13,963 bases of DNA from Pseudobacteriovorax sp. (GTDB taxonomy: Bacteria > Bdellovibrionota_B > Oligoflexia > Oligoflexales > Oligoflexaceae). This document shows, piece by piece, positions 8,975-13,963 of this stretch; the first letter of the stretch is position 1, and every line of letters starts with the position of its first letter. A program made the translations under genes and the position numbers. Below the pieces are notes generated by a model. The model was not told where the DNA came from, did not search any database, and was given only the letters and a program-made list of their open reading frames with translations. The stretch lies in the NCBI GenBank assembly GCA_050293845.1, contig JBNKNM010000148.1:1-13963 (forward strand), in the 5' to 3' direction.

Positions 8975-11202
8975 TATAGCTTCTCTCTAGCTACCTTAGC
9001 TTGTTCTTTAAAAGACGAAAGTTTTATCAAGAACTCATAAAGTTTCTCAGGAGATTCCAAATAGTATTTTGAATAAGCATTTGCAGATCCAATATGTATG
9101 GAGTGGTTATGCATTGTTTGTACGCGGTGCATATCCTCGTCTGTAGTATCATCACCAACGGTAACGAGAGCATCCTCTTGGTCATTCCAACCTTCGCGCT
9201 CCAGGATGGTTTCCACTCCAAAACCCTTATGAGCCAAGCTTTGCCTAATTTCCACGGATTTTTTCCCATGATAAACTGACCAAGTCGTTTTCGCAAGCAT
9301 TTGCTCTAAGCTTTCTCCTAAGACTTGCGCTTGCTGAGAAGCAAATATAGGCTCGGACTCGCGATAATGCCATACGATGCAGGTATCTTTAATTTCAATG
9401 TGACTATTAGGTACAGATTTTTGATAAAGCTCCAATAGCTCTAGTATTTCAGTACGGATTGCTTTTATCTCTTCTCCGGGAATGGCAATAGCTTGCTCCC
9501 ATTCGTCGCTATCAGAAAACTTCAAAAATGATCCATGCTCGGCAACAAAACTCACTTTATAACGGCTTAAATATTTTTCACAAAAGTCCTTTGGCCTACC
9601 TGTTACAATGGAGACCTTAATCTGCGGGCAGGCTGCCAGATTAGCCATGACTTCATCAAGGGAAGCATCGGGTAACGCCATTTCAGGTCTTTTCCTAATG
9701 GGAGCCAAAGTTCCATCGTAATCCAAAAACAAAAAGATGCGATTTTTTTGCGCCAAAATATCAACAAGGTCTTGCTGTGCACCTTCTACTAGTGGCAATG
9801 ATACCTTCATATTATCTTGATCGTGATGCTCCCACATTTTTATAAAACTCTTTGCCCAGCTCACATTGTCATTTTCTTGCATTCGCCGCCTTAAAATTTT
9901 AATGCGTCTAGTTCTTTCGCTAAAAGGCATCGATAAAGCTTTTTTCAAGGTTCTAGCAACTGTATCAACATCATAAGGATTTACCTGAAGGGCCTCGCCC
10001 ATCTCTGACGCCGCACCAGCAAACTCACTAAGAATCAGGCAGCCATCAAGATCTGTGCGTGCTGCAATATACTCCTTACAAACCAGGTTTAGACCGTCAC
10101 GCAAAGGAGTAACCAGCATCACATCAGCTTGTTTATATAATTCTACTACTTCCTGTTGGGGAATTGATCTAAAAATATATTCTACAGGAATGTAATCCGA
10201 ACGTGAAAACTCACCGTTTATTTTGCCTACCAAACGTTCTACTTGACTGCGAATTCTGTTATAGGAACCAATGTCCTGCCGGCTAGGAACACATATCTGA
10301 ATTAATCGGACCTTGCCAACGACCTCAGGATAAAACTCAAGGAAGCGCGCGAAGGATTTGAGTCGTTCAGGTAGCCCTTTGGTATAGTCCAATCGATCTA
10401 TACCAAGAATAGTGATCCTCTCTTTATCGCGAAGATACTCAGGATTATCTTCAAAAACACTGCTTTTGCTTGTAGAAAAAGCCTTAAAATCGACGCCTAA
10501 TGGATGAGCCGCTACTTTAATAGGACGATCTTCGAATATGATTTCATTTACCTTAGTCTTTATCCCGGCAAGACGCTGCGTAGACTGTAAAAAATGACGA
10601 ACATAATCGTAAGTATGAAAACCAATATAGTCAGCTCCCAGCAACCCATCGATTAGCTCCTTACGTCGGGGAATTGCTCTAAAGATCTCACTACTTGGAA
10701 AAGGTATATGATGGAAATAGGCAATTTTTAAGTCTTGATAATGATTTCGAAGCATCCTTGGTAATAGCATTAACTGATAGTCATGAACCCATATCCGATC
10801 GTCGGGGTTGATAAACATGAGAATGCGTTCTGCAAATAGCTGATTTGCCTTAACATAAGCGTGCCAATGTCCATCGGAAATACTCATAGTAGCCAAAAAA
10901 TTATGGAATAGGGGCCACAAGGTACCATTTGCATAGCCATTATAATACTTATCATAAATTTTATTAGTCATGGGAACATCAACTAAAGCATTCTCATCTA
11001 GAAACTGATCGATTCGTTCGACATTACCTTCAATCCCCCCCAGGTATCCCACCCAAAGTGAGTTATTTTGTTCGTGAATTTCTCGTAAGCCCGAGACTAA
11101 CCCGCCGCTGCTTTTTTTTAGCTGCTGATTACCATCGGCATCCTTATATAAAGTGACTGGAAGACGATTTGAAACTATCACCAGTTTTCTTTTACTATCC
11201 AT
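8959..11202 (-). CDS. Bifunctional trehalose-6-phosphate synthase/phosphatase (GT20 OtsA domain fused to HAD OtsB domain)
   Basis: GT20 motifs VSNRLP, GGLV, WVHDYQL, HIPFPSSEIF, DRLDYTKG and RDGLNLVCKEY. HAD motifs DYDGTL, TGR and GDDTTDEDM. The likely start is the ATG at 11202 (GAGG SD, 1 nt after the GH15 stop) rather than 11223. Confidence 0.96.
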   Translation of the reverse strand: MDSKRKLVIVSNRLPVTLYKDADGNQQLKKSSGGLVSGLREIHEQNNSLWVGYLGGIEGNVERIDQFLDENALVDVPMTNKIYDKYYNGYANGTLWPLFHNFLATMSISDGHWHAYVKANQLFAERILMFINPDDRIWVHDYQLMLLPRMLRNHYQDLKIAYFHHIPFPSSEIFRAIPRRKELIDGLLGADYIGFHTYDYVRHFLQSTQRLAGIKTKVNEIIFEDRPIKVAAHPLGVDFKAFSTSKSSVFEDNPEYLRDKERITILGIDRLDYTKGLPERLKSFARFLEFYPEVVGKVRLIQICVPSRQDIGSYNRIRSQVERLVGKINGEFSRSDYIPVEYIFRSIPQQEVVELYKQADVMLVTPLRDGLNLVCKEYIAARTDLDGCLILSEFAGAASEMGEALQVNPYDVDTVARTLKKALSMPFSERTRRIKILRRRMQENDNVSWAKSFIKMWEHHDQDNMKVSLPLVEGAQQDLVDILAQKNRIFLFLDYDGTLAPIRKRPEMALPDASLDEVMANLAACPQIKVSIVTGRPKDFCEKYLSRYKVSFVAEHGSFLKFSDSDEWEQAIAIPGEEIKAIRTEILELLELYQKSVPNSHIEIKDTCIVWHYRESEPIFASQQAQVLGESLEQMLAKTTWSVYHGKKSVEIRQSLAHKGFGVETILEREGWNDQEDALVTVGDDTTDEDMHRVQTMHNHSIHIGSANAYSKYYLESPEKLYEFLIKLSSFKEQAKVAREKLYYSLS

Positions 11203-11203
11203 T

Positions 11204-12997
11204 TCATTCCTCATTGAATTCATTCAGAAATAATGATCCATGATCCGGGTATAAAGCAAAAACAGCATTTATCAGGCCAACATGGGAGTACGTTTGCGGA
11301 AAGTTACCCCATAACTCTCCCGAATTCGGATCAACATCTTCACTATAAAGGCCCAGATGATTGCTGTAACTCATCAATTTTTCCAACAATCTGATGGCCT
11401 CTGACCGCCTCCCTAATCGAGCCAGAGCTTCAACCAACCAAAACGAACAAATGAGAAAAGCATTGTTGGTTGCTCCGAAGTCATCACTAGCCACATATCG
11501 ATACAACAAACCATTGGCGTGGGAGAGGTTATCCATGATTTTATTAATCAGCTGATGTGCCTTGGGGTCATTTTTACTCAGATAACCCATATTCACCATC
11601 ATCAGAAGCGACGCATCAAAATCCTCCGAGCCTACCGCCTGAGTATAGCTTTGCGATTGCTCATTCCAAGCAAATTCGTCGATATACTTTGAAATTTTTT
11701 CCTTCAAGGATCGACAATAATGTTCCTGTTTTTCATCATTCATTTTGTGGAAAATTTTTTCTCCAACTAATAAACCTGCCCAGTTCATTAAAAGAGTAAA
11801 TGTATGAATCTGCGCTTTGCCACGAAATTCCCATAGCCCTGCATCCGCCGCAGTTAAGTATCTTTCAACCTGCTTGATGAGCTGCTCAATCAGATCCACA
11901 GGTAGCAGTTTTTTTTCTTTTAAAAATCTTTCGTCAACAAAAATAGGACTGATGGCCATTAATATTTCACCATAAACGTCATATTGCAGATGCTCATACG
12001 CCTGGTTGCCAATACGTACGGGTTTATGATTTTTATAGCCACAAAGCTCACCTAAAATAGCTTCTGTCAGATCCGGATTGCCATCGATGTTATATACAGG
12101 TTGGATAAAAAAGTCCCGTTCCCGAGACTCCTCGACTAAATTATGAAGATATAAAATAAATTTTTCTAGCTCTTCAAAATGAGTCAGACGCTGCAAGGCT
12201 GATAAAGAAAACATCGCATCACGAATCCAGCAATAGCGATAATCCCAATTTCGTTCCGTCCCCTTCGCCTCCGGAATACTTGTCGTGGTAGACGCAATAA
12301 TCGCACCAGTGTCTTCAAACTGGTGCAACTTCAATACTAGAGCCGATCGGATGACTTCTTTCTGAAATCGAGTGGGCAGATGACTATGTTTAATCCAGGT
12401 TTCCCAATACTGGCAAGTTTTTTCAAAAAATTTAAAACATATCTCTTCAAGATCTGCTTCAATAGGTTGCCCATAGGTTAAAGCAAAGTAGAAATTCCTA
12501 TCGACAGAAAAACCCTTGTTCTGGTCTATATAGGTAAGGGGAGCATTACTAGTAAGACGCATCTGGTAGTCATATCCAGAAAATTGGATGTGGTTAGATT
12601 CGATGGTTTGTTTACTCGATTTTTCACCATAGTTAATTTTACAGTCGATTTTAACTCTACATCGAGGTTTCCCGCAAATTGGACGTACTATACGAATCAA
12701 CATCTTTGGCTTGAAATAACGATTGAACTGCAGAAAGCGAGGAGCAAAATCTATGACTTCAAAACTTCCCTTATCATTGGTAAATAGAGTTCGTAGCACG
12801 TTGGTATTGCCAATATAAGATTGGTCTCCATCAGACTCTAGCTCCGGACAAATCTGAAAAACTCCTCCCTTTTCACCAGCAATGAGCCGGCCAAACACAA
12901 AGCTGTCATCAAACCTTGGCCAACAGAGCCAATCAATATTACCATTACGGTTAATTAGCGCACTATACTGACAATTCCCAATAATGCCTTGATCCAT
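11204..12997 (-). CDS. Glycoside hydrolase family 15 (trehalase/glucoamylase-like) with N-terminal trehalase-like domain
   Basis: GIIGNC..SAL, IDWLCWPRFD, RNWDYRYCWIRD, GLWEFR (catalytic Glu), GLYSED (catalytic Glu) and GNFPQTYSH. GGAG SD. No signal peptide. Confidence 0.95.
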   Translation of the reverse strand: MDQGIIGNCQYSALINRNGNIDWLCWPRFDDSFVFGRLIAGEKGGVFQICPELESDGDQSYIGNTNVLRTLFTNDKGSFEVIDFAPRFLQFNRYFKPKMLIRIVRPICGKPRCRVKIDCKINYGEKSSKQTIESNHIQFSGYDYQMRLTSNAPLTYIDQNKGFSVDRNFYFALTYGQPIEADLEEICFKFFEKTCQYWETWIKHSHLPTRFQKEVIRSALVLKLHQFEDTGAIIASTTTSIPEAKGTERNWDYRYCWIRDAMFSLSALQRLTHFEELEKFILYLHNLVEESRERDFFIQPVYNIDGNPDLTEAILGELCGYKNHKPVRIGNQAYEHLQYDVYGEILMAISPIFVDERFLKEKKLLPVDLIEQLIKQVERYLTAADAGLWEFRGKAQIHTFTLLMNWAGLLVGEKIFHKMNDEKQEHYCRSLKEKISKYIDEFAWNEQSQSYTQAVGSEDFDASLLMMVNMGYLSKNDPKAHQLINKIMDNLSHANGLLYRYVASDDFGATNNAFLICSFWLVEALARLGRRSEAIRLLEKLMSYSNHLGLYSEDVDPNSGELWGNFPQTYSHVGLINAVFALYPDHGSLFLNEFNEE

Positions 12998-13144
12998 AGA
13001 ATCTCCGTCTAATCATATACATGTCTTTTTGGTAATATTACACAATTTGAGAAGGAAAGCTAACGAGAGCTTTATGAAGATAAAATTTTATCCGAATAAA
13101 AGTAAGGTAAATCCTTATAAAACTGAAAGTAACTCCCTTATTCA

Positions 13145-13236
13145 CTGCCATAGACATGCACTCCCCCCGACCTACCCCTTGCACGCTCTATGGAGCGCGT
13201 TCCGGTATAGGTGACGTTTCGTGCTCTAATATCCAG
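13145..13236 (-). ncRNA. Candidate structured RNA (long interrupted hairpin) upstream of the GH15-TPS/TPP operon
   Basis: Nested pairings on the minus strand: CUG/CAG, UAGA/UCUA, GCAC/GUGC, ACCUAU/GUAGGU, CC/GG and CGCGCUC-CAUA-GAGCGUG. It is a GC-rich island in AT-rich intergenic DNA. Folded by eye only. Confidence 0.3.
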
Positions 13237-13405
13237 GTCAGGTCAGCCTAGACTTCACACCCCAAGCTAGTTCCTAACCCGTAATCTCTGTGCCTAAATA
13301 GACGCAGCCGGTCCAAGCGCAATTAATCATCACTACTATATGCATAAAACCTCGCATAAACTACCAACCCATCTACATAAATACACAGCGTAGATCCTGT
13401 TTAAA

Positions 13406-13840
13406 ATGCGAAAAAAATTTGCTTCTCACATCATGGTATCGCTAAAACCTGCTTGTTACGTAAGCACGGCCGTAGCAAGGGCTACCGATTTAAATTTTTC
13501 CCAGAACTACAGAAAATACTTTATTAAAATCGTTACTCATACACCTGACCGTATTGAAATATATTCGAAATGATAAGTATAACTTAGATTTAATTCAGTA
13601 TTTACAAGAATATTTCAGAGATATTGAAAACGGTCAAGTCAAACAGGACATTGCTCCCTCAGCTACTCACAGATCGATTTATATACATCTCAGCTTACAT
13701 CACCCTTGTAACAGACCCCCATAAGTTGCTAAGGTACAAATAAAAACGAGATCTTTTTACAGATTTTTCGAAGTAGTTTCCTAGCTGCCAACGACATTCT
13801 TTACTTCGCATGGCTGCTTGACGAGTGTTCCATGAGAGGT
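13406..13840 (+). pseudogene. Possible decayed gene in three fragments, ending at the IS boundary
   Basis: Consecutive stop-free frames 13406-13573 (from ATG), 13494-13724 and 13733-13840. No SD and no recognised family. Confidence 0.2.
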
Positions 13841-13963
13841 GTGAACTACTCGACCCTAAAGGACCGAGCTTCCAGTACTAAGCGGTTTTCGTCGCTTTTC
13901 TCTTCTTTTTTGACGCTTCTCTGCTACGTGCACGGGTTGCTTTCGCTTGCCGCGTCTTAGATG
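13841..13963 (-). mobile_element. IS200/IS605-family element right end with probable omegaRNA (reRNA) scaffold; the element continues beyond the window
   Basis: The minus strand ends GGAAG-CTCGGTCC-TTTA-GGGTCGAG-TAGT-TCAC. The 8-bp subterminal hairpin (13849-13868) pairs fully only on the minus strand (two G-T). GAAG is at its 5' foot (13872-13869) and TCAC is the terminal tetranucleotide (13844-13841). Confidence 0.82.
13878..13961 (-). CDS. C-terminal tail of a probable TnpB-family protein (partial, runs in from the window edge)
   Basis: Open frame SKTRQAKATRARSREASKKKRKATKTA-stop ends 5 nt before the GAAG/hairpin. Its position and basic low-complexity composition fit a TnpB tail overlapping the omegaRNA. 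No RuvC or zinc-finger motif is visible in the window. Confidence 0.55.
   Translation of the reverse strand, partial: SKTRQAKATRARSREASKKKRKATKTA

Noticed and set aside
8755..12787. ORFs 8755-8955, 9027-9296, 9094-9279, 11557-11799 and 12584-12787
   Set aside because: All are nested within well-supported longer genes.
13029..13214. 61-aa ORF (+)
   Set aside because: TTG start without SD, no motif, and it overlaps the probable GH15 promoter/leader.
13233..13248. CCAGGTCAGGTC resembling part of 4.5S SRP RNA
   Set aside because: The essential GGAA tetraloop and GGAAGCAG segment are missing.
13450..13485. Two small hairpins (TGCTT/AAGCA and GTAGC/GCTAC), REP-like
   Set aside because: The stems are only 5 bp and occur once in the window.
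13841..13873. Reading the IS end on the + strand as the 5' start of an IscB omegaRNA
   Set aside because: The hairpin has two mismatches on + but pairs fully on -. No downstream complement to GTGAAC is present, and GAAG/TCAC fits a minus-strand right end.
1..13963. CRISPR array, tRNA or rRNA
   Set aside because: No regularly spaced repeats, cloverleaf or rRNA signature was seen by eye.

Overview
Low-GC (roughly 40% by eye) bacterial chromosomal segment, probably diderm given the signal peptides and a lipobox. Most genes belong to recognisable stress or housekeeping families: a 5'-truncated DUF1223 CxxC protein, a Cys-rich lipoprotein, an exported MsrA, a YadG/YadH-like ABC-2 pair, an isoaspartyl peptidase/L-asparaginase, a CBS-pair protein, an orphan multi-TM histidine kinase, a small LETM1-like protein, and a coupled operon of a GH15 hydrolase plus fused trehalose-6-phosphate synthase/phosphatase. 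The main signal missed by the ORF track is in the last 123 bp. On the minus strand there is an IS200/IS605-family right end (GAAG + hairpin + TCAC), preceded by a basic open-frame tail and hairpins consistent with the 3' end of tnpB and its omegaRNA scaffold. This predicts a guide starting ACCTCTCATGGAACAC. The element appears to abut a decayed + strand gene. Two candidate structured RNAs lie upstream of the GH15 operon and of the kinase. No rRNA, tRNA or CRISPR array was seen. All family calls come from motif recognition, not database searches.
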